The notes below the pieces were generated by a model. The model was given only the letters and a program-made list of their open reading frames with translations, made no database searches and had not been told where the DNA came from. 38,459 nt of DNA, from positions 1 through 38,459 of the IMG/VR virus record IMGVR_UViG_3300044954_000145; one strand, given 5' to 3'. Positions 9,358 through 20,200 of this stretch are shown here, in pieces. Made by a program: the position numbers and the translations under genes. The stretch comes from a virus. Taxonomy: Duplodnaviria; Caudoviricetes. The stretch's first letter is position 1, and every line of letters starts with the position of its first letter.

Positions 9358-9620
9358 TGCAAACAGTCGAAGAAGGTGTATATCCAGGCACCGGGCCGCT
9401 CAAAAGCGTGAGGATGAGCCAGGGTTGGGACTACTACGTCGTTCAGGGAAACACGAGCGATCAGGTGATCTTCTCCGGGCCCGGAGTCTACGGTGGCTAT
9501 AGCGTGCTCACGGTTGCTGGCGGCGCGTGTCCGATCACGGTGCTCTGTACGAACCCAAGGTTCAATCTTGCCCTATCCGGGTTCGGCACCGGCTACGGCA
9601 TCCGCGACACGACACGGTAA
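9354..9620 (+). CDS. Hypothetical small beta-rich protein
   Basis: Overlaps the adaptor stop and fills the gap to the nozzle gene. Confidence 0.55.
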   Translation: MMQTVEEGVYPGTGPLKSVRMSQGWDYYVVQGNTSDQVIFSGPGVYGGYSVLTVAGGACPITVLCTNPRFNLALSGFGTGYGIRDTTR

Positions 9621-9623
9621 TGC

Positions 9624-11204
9624 ATGCCCTCGCTAACCGTCGATCGCTTTGAGTTCGGGATAGATCACCGCAAGGGCAAGGCCGCGACCGATGCCAATCG
9701 CTTGCGCGCCTGCACGAACGCTTACATTACCGCTGGCCGACAGATCAAGAAGCGCGGTTGCCTGAAGACCTACGCCACGCTCGAAGCCGGCACCGTCGGG
9801 CTCGCGGCAGGCAAGACCAAACTGCTGACGTTCTACGGCGGCACCGGGACCATCACCCACGCGAACACGGCATTCCAGGCGACGAGGTTGATGCACCCGA
9901 CGACTCCGGCGCTCGCGGTGTCGCGCGTTCACTTTGTCGACACGTACGACGGCTACACCTATGCCGCATGTGAGTACACCGATCAAAGCGTGTATCACCA
10001 TTGGGTGAATGATCCTGGCGCGTGGGCGGCGACAACTGCGTATGCCCTGGGAACCTTCCGCCGGCCGATTGCCGCCAACGGCTTCCTCTACGAGGTGACC
10101 GCTGTCTCCGGCACCGGGACGAGCGGTGGCGCCGAGCCCGCGTGGCCGACAACGCCTGGGCTCACCGTCGTCGACAATGCCGGCCCTAATCAACTTACTT
10201 GGACCTGCCGCACGTATGCCGTGCTCGACTCAAGCAACCCGAAGTCGAAAAGTCTGGTGAAGTTGAGCGATCGCCTGTTCGCGATTGGGAGTGAGGTCGT
10301 GCGGTACTGCTCGATCGGAAACCCGAGGCAGTGGAACGGCGGCACCTCCGGCTTCCTTCCTGTCGGCAGGCACGCGACCGGTGACGTGGATCCGACTGCC
10401 GTTGCGGTCTATAGCGGCAACCTCGCGGTGTTCTTCCGGGACTCGATGCAGTTGTGGTCTATAGACCCGAGCCCATCCCTCATGGCGCTGTCGCAGTCCG
10501 TCCCCAACGTCGGCACGTCCTATCACCTGAGCCCGATCACGGTCGGTCGCGATCTCTTCTTCCTGACGGCTTACGGCTTCCGGTCCGTCGGTATCATCAC
10601 CGACACCGGCAACTACCAGGATGCCGATGTCGGTAGCCCGATCGACACTTTGGTTAGGGCAGAGATCTCGGCATCGGATATTCCGTACGCAGTCTGGTAC
10701 GGGCCCGCCGGTCAAGCGTGGTGGATCTTCACCGACTACGCCTGGGTGTTCACGTTCAGCAAGACCGGCAAGATCTCTGCGTGGTCTCGATACGAGTTCC
10801 CGTTTGCGATCGAGGCGGCCTGCATCTTCCAGAACGTGATGTACCTGCGCAACGGCAACAACATCTACACACTGAGCGAGTCGGAGTTTACCGACGACAT
10901 CACCGACACCGATGTCAGGGTCGAGTTGCCGTATCTCGACGGTGGAAAGCCCGGCGTGATGAAGATGGTTTACGGCTTCGACATCGCCGCAGTGGGCACC
11001 GCGCAGTTGTCGTTCAAGTGGGACCCGAACGATGAGACCAGGGAGACGATCGCGGTGGACATTGGCGGAGTCACCCGTCTTGGCGGCATGCAACCGGTGG
11101 AGCTGTGCTGCACCGAGATCGCGCCGGTCATCACGCATAGCTCGGACGAGGCGTTCGAGTTGCACTCGCTGACGATCCACTACCACGAGCTTGGGCAAGT
11201 ATGA
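9624..11204 (+). CDS. Tail nozzle (tubular protein B, P22 gp10-like) with an inserted carbohydrate-binding-like module
   Basis: 526-aa beta-propeller-like sequence with AWSRY motif; gene order. Confidence 0.75.
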   Translation: MPSLTVDRFEFGIDHRKGKAATDANRLRACTNAYITAGRQIKKRGCLKTYATLEAGTVGLAAGKTKLLTFYGGTGTITHANTAFQATRLMHPTTPALAVSRVHFVDTYDGYTYAACEYTDQSVYHHWVNDPGAWAATTAYALGTFRRPIAANGFLYEVTAVSGTGTSGGAEPAWPTTPGLTVVDNAGPNQLTWTCRTYAVLDSSNPKSKSLVKLSDRLFAIGSEVVRYCSIGNPRQWNGGTSGFLPVGRHATGDVDPTAVAVYSGNLAVFFRDSMQLWSIDPSPSLMALSQSVPNVGTSYHLSPITVGRDLFFLTAYGFRSVGIITDTGNYQDADVGSPIDTLVRAEISASDIPYAVWYGPAGQAWWIFTDYAWVFTFSKTGKISAWSRYEFPFAIEAACIFQNVMYLRNGNNIYTLSESEFTDDITDTDVRVELPYLDGGKPGVMKMVYGFDIAAVGTAQLSFKWDPNDETRETIAVDIGGVTRLGGMQPVELCCTEIAPVITHSSDEAFELHSLTIHYHELGQV

Positions 11205-11668
11205 TGCAGATCGTCGACATGACCATGCAGCACGCGATCCACGTATCGTCTCGCATGCGCGAGAGCGATGTCATGGCGTGGCGCCCGGTGATGTTCGAGG
11301 CGACTGCGGAAGAGATGGCGATCGGGAGAGCACATGCTGCTGGCATCAAGAAGGCGTTTCTGGCGAATGAGGAACCTGTTGCTATCGGTGGCTTTACTCT
11401 TGTCTTCCCTAACGTCTGGGCGGCATGGTTCGCTGCGGTCCCAGGATGGGAGACGTGGGCAAAGTCGGTGATGCGTTGGTTCAAGCTCACCGTGGAGTCG
11501 TTGCTAGAAACCGGCGCGGCGACGAGAATTCAGGCAGTGGTGCTCGCGAGCGATCTGCGTGCGCTGCGATTCGTGCAGTGGTTCGGGTTCGAGGAAGAAG
11601 CGATCTGTCCAGGTTTTGCTGAAGGCGCGACGTTCGTCGTGTACAGGAGATTGAAATGGGATTCGTAG
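11201..11668 (+). CDS. GNAT-fold protein (T7 gp13-like)
   Basis: MRESD...E N-terminus and ALRFVQWFGFEEE motif; lies between nozzle and ejection genes. Confidence 0.7.
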   Translation: MMQIVDMTMQHAIHVSSRMRESDVMAWRPVMFEATAEEMAIGRAHAAGIKKAFLANEEPVAIGGFTLVFPNVWAAWFAAVPGWETWAKSVMRWFKLTVESLLETGAATRIQAVVLASDLRALRFVQWFGFEEEAICPGFAEGATFVVYRRLKWDS

Positions 11669-12492
11669 CCGACCTGTTTGGTGGTGGAGGTGGTGGTGAC
11701 GGTGGCGCGTCCGCCCGAGCGGCGGCGGATGAAGCCAAAAAGAAGGCGGCGCGCGAAGCGGTCAACCGCATGTTCGGCTATGGCCCTGCGGTCCCTGCTA
11801 CGCGCACTCCGATCATCGAGCGTCGGCAACAACAACCGGTCATGACCGATGAGGGCGTTCGTTATCCTCGGCGCAACCGTGGTGGAGACGAGGGTGGCGA
11901 CGATACCGGGGACAGTGGTTATGAAGATGTCGTCGTCGGTTACAACGAAACCCCAGGGTCTGACCCAACCGTCAATCGCGCCGAGCGAGAGGCGCAGATC
12001 CAGAAGGTCGTGTCCGCCAATCGCGACCTGAACAAGCTCGCGCTCGACGAGCAGAAGCAGGAAGCCGACCGGGAGTTGATGTATGCGCTTTCCAGGTCCG
12101 GGCTTCGAGGCGGATCGGCGGACGTGGACGAGAGCGCGAAGCTCAACAGGACGTACGCAGACAACCTGCGTAAATCGATCGCTGGCGCGGACGAGATCGG
12201 CGCCAACCTGCGCGCTGCGGACGAGGACGCGAGGATGCGGTTGCTGTCCCAGGTCGAGGCGGGATCAGATGCCGAGAGCGCACTTGCCGGCGCAGGCCAG
12301 CAGTTGCAGGCGAACATCGACATCGCTAACGCGAAAGCGCAGGGGAACATCCTGAACAACGCATTTGCCGATATTGGCAGCACGCTGAAGAAAGCGTCCG
12401 AGCGTCGGGCGTACGAGCGTGAGGCAGCGAGGAATCGAAGCCCGCTACTTGGCTCGCCGTCCGCTACTTATCCAGGCACTTTCGTCCCGTAA
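11656..12492 (+). CDS. Internal virion / DNA ejection protein
   Basis: Gly-rich N-terminus, helical Ala/Gln-rich body with LSRSGLRGGS motif; gene order. Confidence 0.65.
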   Translation: MGFVADLFGGGGGGDGGASARAAADEAKKKAAREAVNRMFGYGPAVPATRTPIIERRQQQPVMTDEGVRYPRRNRGGDEGGDDTGDSGYEDVVVGYNETPGSDPTVNRAEREAQIQKVVSANRDLNKLALDEQKQEADRELMYALSRSGLRGGSADVDESAKLNRTYADNLRKSIAGADEIGANLRAADEDARMRLLSQVEAGSDAESALAGAGQQLQANIDIANAKAQGNILNNAFADIGSTLKKASERRAYEREAARNRSPLLGSPSATYPGTFVP

Positions 12493-12510
12493 GGGTCATA
12501 GGGGTTGATC

Positions 12511-13092
12511 ATGGGCGTTGAGACGATTATCCAGGTTGTCGGCACACTGATGCAGATGCAGGCGCAGAACGCTGCCAGGAAAAAGCAGGAGGCGGCAGTT
12601 AACGCTGCGCAGCAAATCGCCGACCAACGAGCGGGAGAGGCTCGCGCGAGGTTGCTCGCATCTTCTGAGCAATACAAGCCGCAGGCACGCCAGCAGGAAG
12701 AGGATGCGATCGCGACCGCGCTGCGTGAGCAGTTCAGGCCGACGGTTGCCGCATCTGCCGTTGCGCCGACCACGACCGGGTACTCGTCGAAGGCATACGA
12801 GGGCGCCATCTCTTCTCGTACTGGCGACTCCGCCGATCGAGCGAACCGGCTTAACCAGATGTTCGCGACGACGATCGCCCCTGGGCGCGCGGCCGGGTTG
12901 ATGTCTCAGCGCAGCACTGCCGCCGCCGAGGAAGCGGGATCCCTGTTCCGCAGCGGCGGGAATGCGATGCGGGCCGCCGAGACAGATGCCAGTCGCATAA
13001 TGCCGAACGCCGGCTTGACGATGCTAGGCGGCCTTGCGCGCACAAGCGGTCCTGCAATTTGGGAGAAGTACAAACCTAAGCCTGGAGTGTAG
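12511..13092 (+). CDS. Internal virion / DNA ejection protein
   Basis: Hydrophobic N-terminus plus Ala/Gln coiled coil; alternative TTG start at 12505. Confidence 0.6.
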   Translation: MGVETIIQVVGTLMQMQAQNAARKKQEAAVNAAQQIADQRAGEARARLLASSEQYKPQARQQEEDAIATALREQFRPTVAASAVAPTTTGYSSKAYEGAISSRTGDSADRANRLNQMFATTIAPGRAAGLMSQRSTAAAEEAGSLFRSGGNAMRAAETDASRIMPNAGLTMLGGLARTSGPAIWEKYKPKPGV

Positions 13093-13094
13093 TC

Positions 13095-14222
13095 ATGGCT
13101 TCGCCGATGAATTTCATTGACCCGAGGGCAGCAGGCGCGTTGATCACGAGCGCGCTCGGTGCCGACCCGGATGCAGGCGCGTTGGGAACGAAGCGGGCGC
13201 TCGAAGAAGTCTTGTTGCGTGAGCGCATCGGCAGGGCTCGGGCCCAACGAGGTCTCGACGAGGGCAAGGCGAACGAATTCGCGCGCACGACTGCGCCGGG
13301 CTTCATCGAGGAGCAGGTTTCGCTCAACACCGGCAACCCGGTCAACATGGTGAAGGAGATCTTGCGCGCGACGCTGTCTGGCGAAACGCCGCAGTATTCG
13401 CCGGATGGTCGTGATCACACGATCATCGATGATGACACCGTCAAGCAGGTACGGGAGTCGCTTAATAGGGCCCGCCATCCGGCGTATCGGGAGCATCCTG
13501 AACGTCTCGCGAACGCTGCCAAGGTCGACGCGCAGGAAGCGGTTCGGGCGGAGCTTTTGCGCAGGGCACTCAAGGGTGATCTACCGCTTGAGACGGCGAA
13601 CCGTGGCGCGCAATTCTTGCCTGACGCTCGCACGCTCACGCCTTACAGGCACCAATCCGGCGTGATGATAAATCAGGAGTCTGGCACGGGCACGTTAAGC
13701 CCGATCGGCGAGTCCATGAGGGGGCTTGATACCGAGAAGGGCAACACCGAGAGAGCGAGGCAGGAGGCGCAGCGCGCGGCAGCGAGCGCATCGCATGCGC
13801 GCGCAGGGGCGGAAGGTAAGCGGGGCGAATACTACGGCGCCCGCACCGATCTGACCAACAGGACCGACCCGAACAAGCCCAGGACCGGCGGCGGCAATCC
13901 GCCTCGGGACAGGACCGCGATGGACAGGCGCCTTGCGATCGACAGCGCCGGTCGATCCGCCGACAAGGAGGGCCTGACCGGCGATCGGAAGAGGGCGTAC
14001 ATCAATCAACGCCTGATCGACCTCGACATGGAACCGCTGAAGAAGCAGGTCGAGCCGCTTCCAGGCGCGAAGGCGGACCGTGATTTCGAGCAACGCTTCA
14101 ATGACGAGCGGAAGGGTTCGGGCATGAGGCTCGGGAAATACGTCACCGGCAAGGGTTTCGAGGTGAGGGATAAAGGCGGAAAATTGGTCGGGCACCAACC
14201 GCTTCCAAGAGAAGATGAGTAA
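13095..14222 (+). CDS. Internal virion / DNA ejection protein
   Basis: GGAG SD; helical and charged; precedes the giant gene. Confidence 0.6.
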   Translation: MASPMNFIDPRAAGALITSALGADPDAGALGTKRALEEVLLRERIGRARAQRGLDEGKANEFARTTAPGFIEEQVSLNTGNPVNMVKEILRATLSGETPQYSPDGRDHTIIDDDTVKQVRESLNRARHPAYREHPERLANAAKVDAQEAVRAELLRRALKGDLPLETANRGAQFLPDARTLTPYRHQSGVMINQESGTGTLSPIGESMRGLDTEKGNTERARQEAQRAAASASHARAGAEGKRGEYYGARTDLTNRTDPNKPRTGGGNPPRDRTAMDRRLAIDSAGRSADKEGLTGDRKRAYINQRLIDLDMEPLKKQVEPLPGAKADRDFEQRFNDERKGSGMRLGKYVTGKGFEVRDKGGKLVGHQPLPREDE

Positions 14223-14224
14223 CC

Positions 14225-17200
14225 ATGCCACTGCCCGACATCATCCCGATCGAGCCTGAAGGAGAGTCGCCCGGCACGCGCAGGCGCGCGACGCTGCCCG
14301 ACATCATCCCCGTCGAGGGAGCCAATGTTTCACGAAATGTTTCACGTGAAACCCCCGGCGCCTCTCCCGGCATACTGGGCACGGCGAAGGAGTTCCTGCG
14401 CGAGAAAGCGTCAGAGGTTCTGACGAGCATGGGCAGTGCCGGGCCGATCCCGGCCATTGCCGGCGCGGTGGCTCGCAGGATGTTTGGCCTGCCGGAGATG
14501 AAGAGTCCCTCGTCCGGCTTTTCCGAGATCGCAGGCGCGGCGATAAACCCGCAGGCAGAACGGGCCGGTCAGGCAGGCCCAGGCGAGTCCGTCCTGGATA
14601 CCGAACTACGGGCGCCGCCTGCGCCGCCGTCCAGGACAAGCCTGACGCCGGAAGCTAAGAAAACGCTGGCCGACATAAAGGCAACGCCTTACGTTCCGCG
14701 ACCCGGCGCGACGGTTGCCGGCGAACAGGTGCGCGCGCCCGGCGCCGAGGTAATGGCGACGAGGGGCCCGTTGACCACGCCTGGGGTAGTGATGAACGCG
14801 GCGCAGCAGGCCTTGAAAAGCTCGCCTGAGATGCGATCGATCGTGTCCGGGATCGGGGACATCTACAGTCAGGCGGAGGGCGTGGACAGGATCGCGGCCG
14901 ATGCTCTTGGGTGGCAGTCCGCCAGCGACTACTTTGCGCAGTCCAGGATCGAGCGTGACGCGGCGCAGCGTAATGTGCCGATGCCGACGGGTGTCCGGGG
15001 CTTCCTGAACGAGGCAATCCGCAATGTCGTGGCGAATGCGCCCACGTACTGGATGGGCATGTACGGCATGCGCGGCGCCAAGACTGCTGCCGACATCGAG
15101 CGCCTGTCGGAATCGTTTGCCGTGGCGCAGGCGCCAACGATCGCGATGGCAGTGGGTCAGGTCGGGTCTAGCTACAACGACCCGCAGCGGGCCCACATGT
15201 CGCCCGGCGATCGGCTCGTGGCTTCGATCGTCGACGGTTACTGGGAGTGGGCCGGCGAGCAGTTAGGGTTCGCGCCGACCATCCGGGCAATGAAGCAGGC
15301 CGGGATGGGTGGCTTGCAACTGACGAACGGCATCAAGGCGGCAATGGCCGACGGCATGGGCGAAGCCATGACGCAACTGGGGCAGATCGAGAACGAACTG
15401 CGGAACCGGTTGCGAGATACCCCTACTGCTACCGAGGCATTGAAGGAAGCGGCGCACGCGGCCGCGATGGGCGTCATCGTTTCCGGCGCCATGCAGGGCA
15501 GTTCAAGGGCTCGGGCCGCGCTTCGAGACCGCGCGACGTACGGATCCACTCCTCCGGTGAACCTGACCGAGTTCCGGATGCGCAGCGCTGAACGCATCGC
15601 CAGGAACGAGGAAATGGCGGCGGAATTCGAGCGCGTTCTGAACGAGGCTACGCCCGACTTTACGCAACTATCCAGGCGCCCGCAGAGGGCCTCAGTTGCG
15701 CCGCCGGAGGCTCAGGCTACCGTGGCACCGACCGCACCCGACGATCGCGGCCTGGGCGCTCTGGAGCAGCGGCTACAGGGGTTGCAGGGCGAGGCAGAGC
15801 AGTTGACCTCCGAACTCCGGGGCCGGTCCAAGTTGCCGGCCGTTATGGGCGTGTTCGATGTCGACGAGGATCTGAGTTGGGGCCCGGATGCCACGCCCGA
15901 GTTCGTGGTCGAGCGCGCGCAGATCATCAAGCCGCATCACGACAAGATCGTGGACCTGATCGCGAACGACATCGGTGCCGGCGTGCTCAGGGGCCCGATC
16001 AAGACCGCGCAGAAGATTGGCTACAAGATCAAGACCGACTACGGCGGAGACGCTTCCCAGGTGAAGGATGCGGTCCGGTCTACCGGCGTGATCGCGCTTC
16101 CCGAGGGGGTGCAGGCCGGCCTGGATCGAGCCGGGGAAGTGGCGAAGCTAGGCAAGAAGATCCGCAATCTTTGGGTGCCGGGCGCACCGTCCCTCGGCGG
16201 ATATCGCGACGGTCTGGTGAACGTCATCATCGGCGGCGCACCGACCGAGTTGCAATTCAACCTGCCGGAGATGATCAAGGCGAAGGAAGAGGCGCACCCG
16301 ATCAAGGACGCGATCGATGCCCTTGAGAAGGAGTTCAAGAACCGCAAGCCCACTGCCCAAGAGGTTGCGCTTCTCGATAGCTACAAAGAAGCGATGATGC
16401 AGATCTTCATGAATGCCGAGGTAGAGGTTCGGCAGCGCATCGAGCGCGGGAGGGTCTGGCAACCGGGTGACCTAACCGAGATCGGAAAGGCCTATCACTC
16501 CGAGGGCATGGCTCTCGCGGACAGGACGCGCGCCTTGGTGAGCGACGAGTCCCCGAACCGTTTGGCGAAGGTGCTTTCGTCCAGGCGATCGTCGCCAGAA
16601 GGCGGCCAGGGCATCCTGTTCATGCGCTCGCCGGAGTCGACGTACAGGAAGACCCAAGGCTCGGAAACGACTACCGGCCTGCCTTCCACGTCCCAGAGTT
16701 CGCCGGGTTCGAGAAACGGTTCCATGGAGCAGAGTGTACGGCGCCAGGGTGAGACCGACAAGGAGTTCGCCAAACGGGTGATCGACACCGGCCCGGTGCC
16801 ATCCTCCATGGCGGAGGAGTACGGCAACTACTTTGACCTGCGTGGCGAGTACCTTGTCGTCCCGCTCGATCAGTTGGTGTCGAGCAAGACCTCGGAGGAG
16901 ACCCGCGACAGCGGCGTCAACGCCGCGCGTCGTATGCTTGCCGCCGATCGCGGGCAACTCTCGAAGCGAGAGCCGATCACGGTCCGCCGGGAGGGTGACA
17001 AGTTCCGGGTCGTCGATGGGAATAGCACCGTGGCAGCGGCCCGGCAGTACGGTTGGAAGGCGTTGCCGGTGCGGGTCGAGTCCGGCCTGCCTGCCGTGCT
17101 TGGCGTTTCCGATGCCGATCGCGCCGGGATCACCGGGCACACTACCGATTTGACTGGGGGTGTAAGTCCGATCAGGGTGCCTGAGCGCGGCAAGCGCGGC

Positions 17201-20200
17201 TCGATCGAGCGGCTCGGGCGCAAGATCGCTCGACAGGGCAAGACACTGGATGCGGCCGCGCCACGCAACGAACGGCGCCTGATCACCGCGCCTGACGGCA
17301 AGCGTCTTGTCGTGGGCCGCAGGACTGCTGCCGATTGGGCGCAGGACGTGGACGTGCGCGCTACGCCCGAGGACATCGCGCTATGGCGCCGATGGTATCA
17401 AGAAGTCTATCCGATGATCGGCGAGCAGTTCTCGCAGGAGATGGCGCCGCAGGTCACGCTCGCGTGGTTGTTGTCTCAGCAGGCCGCCAGTCCGACCAAG
17501 GGAATGACGGACGTGTTGCGCGTCATGGACCGTCTTGCCGGCAGGCCGACCTACAGGGACGGCAAGATTCTCGAAGGTGGCCTAGCCGATCACAAGATCG
17601 AGATGGCGTTGCGCGGGCAGTCCCCGCAGAGGGGCTACGACCAGAAGTTGCTCGACTTCGTGGACAGCGCGATGGGGCTCACGACCCGCACGGTCATGGG
17701 TCGCGACGTGCGCGGCGGATCCCCTGGCGTGGTCGACGTGTGGACCTCTCGCGATGTCGGGTTCGTCGACAAGAAGTTCATCAATCGCTTGCGTGCGGCG
17801 AAAGTCGATGTCACGGGTCTTGAGAATGACGTGAAGTCCGGCTCGCCGAGCGAGACACAGTACGAGTGGGGGTCTGAGCGTCTACAGGAGATTACTGACT
17901 ACCTGAACCAGATCAACTGGCACGGCGGCAACTGGACTCCCGCCCAGGTTCAAGCCGTGGGGTGGATGAATCTGCAACGCGCGCTAAACGCAACCGGCCA
18001 GAGTGTCCAGGACGTGTTCGACACGAACACCCGGCGTGTGAGCGTCGGCCTTGAGCCCGGCCCAGGAAGCGGCGGCCGCACGATGACTGCCGCAGAAGTG
18101 CGCACGATCGCGCACAACATCATGCAGCAACTCGGCACCGGCCACATTCGCAGCGTGATCGAAACCGGTGGCGCGTTCGAGCGCGTCGCCGAGGGCAGCG
18201 TGCAGTTTGACGTGTTCGCGTCTCCGGAGACGATCGACGACTTCATGGCGATGCTCGGGTATGCCCTTCGCCAGCAGATGGTGATCGCGACCCGGCCGTT
18301 GGAGAGCGGGAAGCAGTTCTACTCTGACGTGACGGCTAAGTCCGGGCTCGAAACGACCGAGCAGGCGCAGCGATTTTACGAAGCCGTCCTGGACGAGGCG
18401 GAGGCGCTCGTCGCGGCCGCGAGAACCAAGCCGGAAAAGAGGCGTGCCGCCCGCGTGCTCGGGACGGTTGCCGGCTACCAGCAAGTAGTGCATGATAATG
18501 GCAATCGAGGTGTACGTTTCATCAGTATCTTCGATCCGGTCTCGCCGCTTATGCAGGACGAGGTCATTAACGTCATCGAGCGCGCTGGCTCGAAGATCGG
18601 GCTTAGTGACGTTTCGATTGATAACAGGAACGCGGAGGTGCGCAATGTTGAAAACCACTGGGACCAAACTTCGGGGGCCGAGGGGAGTGGTTACCTCGGT
18701 AACCTACGCTCACGAGGCAGACTACAGCAAGCCCGATGGCTACAGAGTCAGTACGGCGCCGATCAAGGGCAGGGGAGGCAAGGTGATAATGCCCTCCGAG
18801 CTACGAGAGATTCAATCGCGCCGCAAGTAGAGGCGAAGGCTCTCCCTGTCGGCTCGGTCAATCTGACGGTGCTGGGAACCGCAGAACCGACCGATGCGCC
18901 GGCTTGGTTCAATCCCGGAGATGCCGAGCGACTCGTCGGGGCGAGGGGCGTCTACAACGTGGGCAACAACCCCGACGTTCGCGCCGCTATCGGCACCTCG
19001 ATCAACGACATGATCGCGGCCGGCGTGCCAGAGCAGTTGTTGGCGTCGGTGGATATGTGGGCGACTTTCGACTTCTCGCTGTCGAACGCGAAGGCGGCAA
19101 TGGCGCCCGACGACGGCAAGCACGTGCTCATGCTGTCGGAGTCGTTGGTCAACCAATTCACGTTTTTTGCGAGCGCGCGCCAAGGTGGCGGTAGCAAAAT
19201 CGCTGGCAAGATCGCCGGCAATTCTGCCGATGCGCACAAAGCTGTTCGCGGCAAGATCGCGGGGTATATGATCCATGAGTTGACGCATCACATCGATGTG
19301 ATCAACCGTGGCCAGTCTATTTCTGGAGACTCCCCTCGACTGGAGTATGAGTTCGACGAGATCAACGGGGGATTCAAACCCACGGGCGACCTTATCCAGG
19401 AGGTGATGGACGCAACAAACGAGCACCAGGGTATCGCGGTGTTCTTCCATTACCCGTTTGGCATGATCGACGCTCGCGACTATCGTCTCATGAAGTCTGA
19501 GATCCTGGCCCAGATGGGCACCTTGTACTTCTCCGATAACCGGATGATGAAGAAGTACATGCCGAAAGCATACGAAGTAATGAGGAGTGTCTATGGCTCG
19601 CCAACCGTCAAAACTGCTCAAACCCCCGCTAATGCGCTTATCGAAGCTCGCATTGCGCTACAGGCAGCGCTTCAACAGGCCGGTGCCAGCATCGGTTCAC
19701 AAGGCAATCTCTTTCGGTTATCTGAACAGTCGGAAGACAGAGTCTCAGATCGAAGAGGCACTCAAGAGCGGGACTACGGTCCCGGATTGGGACCGCGAGT
19801 ACGAGACAGCGGTAGCGACACCGCAGGAGCAGAGAACGATAACGCAGCAGTTGGACGTGATGTAGTCGGCGACGAGGTCCTTAGCGTCCAGGACCCGAAC
19901 AAGAACCCGCTCAACGGCAAGCCGATCGGGTTGCTGTATGCGCCGCTCAAGAAGGGCGAGATCCCGACTCGCACGCGCATCGTCTACAAGCTCATGCGTC
20001 TCATGCCGACGCGCCCCGGCGTCGCGTTCCCGCTATATGCTCGGCCGATGATCGACGGCAGGCGTGTTCGCCAGGGGTTCCTCGCCAACACGTGGTCGAG
20101 AGCAGAGAATCAGATCCCAACGCTCGGCCCCAAGGACCTTGCCGAGCGCCCAGGACTTCACGCGATCGGACTGCCGATCTTCGACCAGGGCAAGGCTCGC

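Noticed and set aside
10230-11198. 322-aa minus-strand ORF, and similar antisense ORFs inside the giant gene
   Set aside because: Shadows of well-supported plus-strand genes
11680-11710. GGT-rich short repeat
   Set aside because: Simply encodes the poly-Gly tract of an ejection protein
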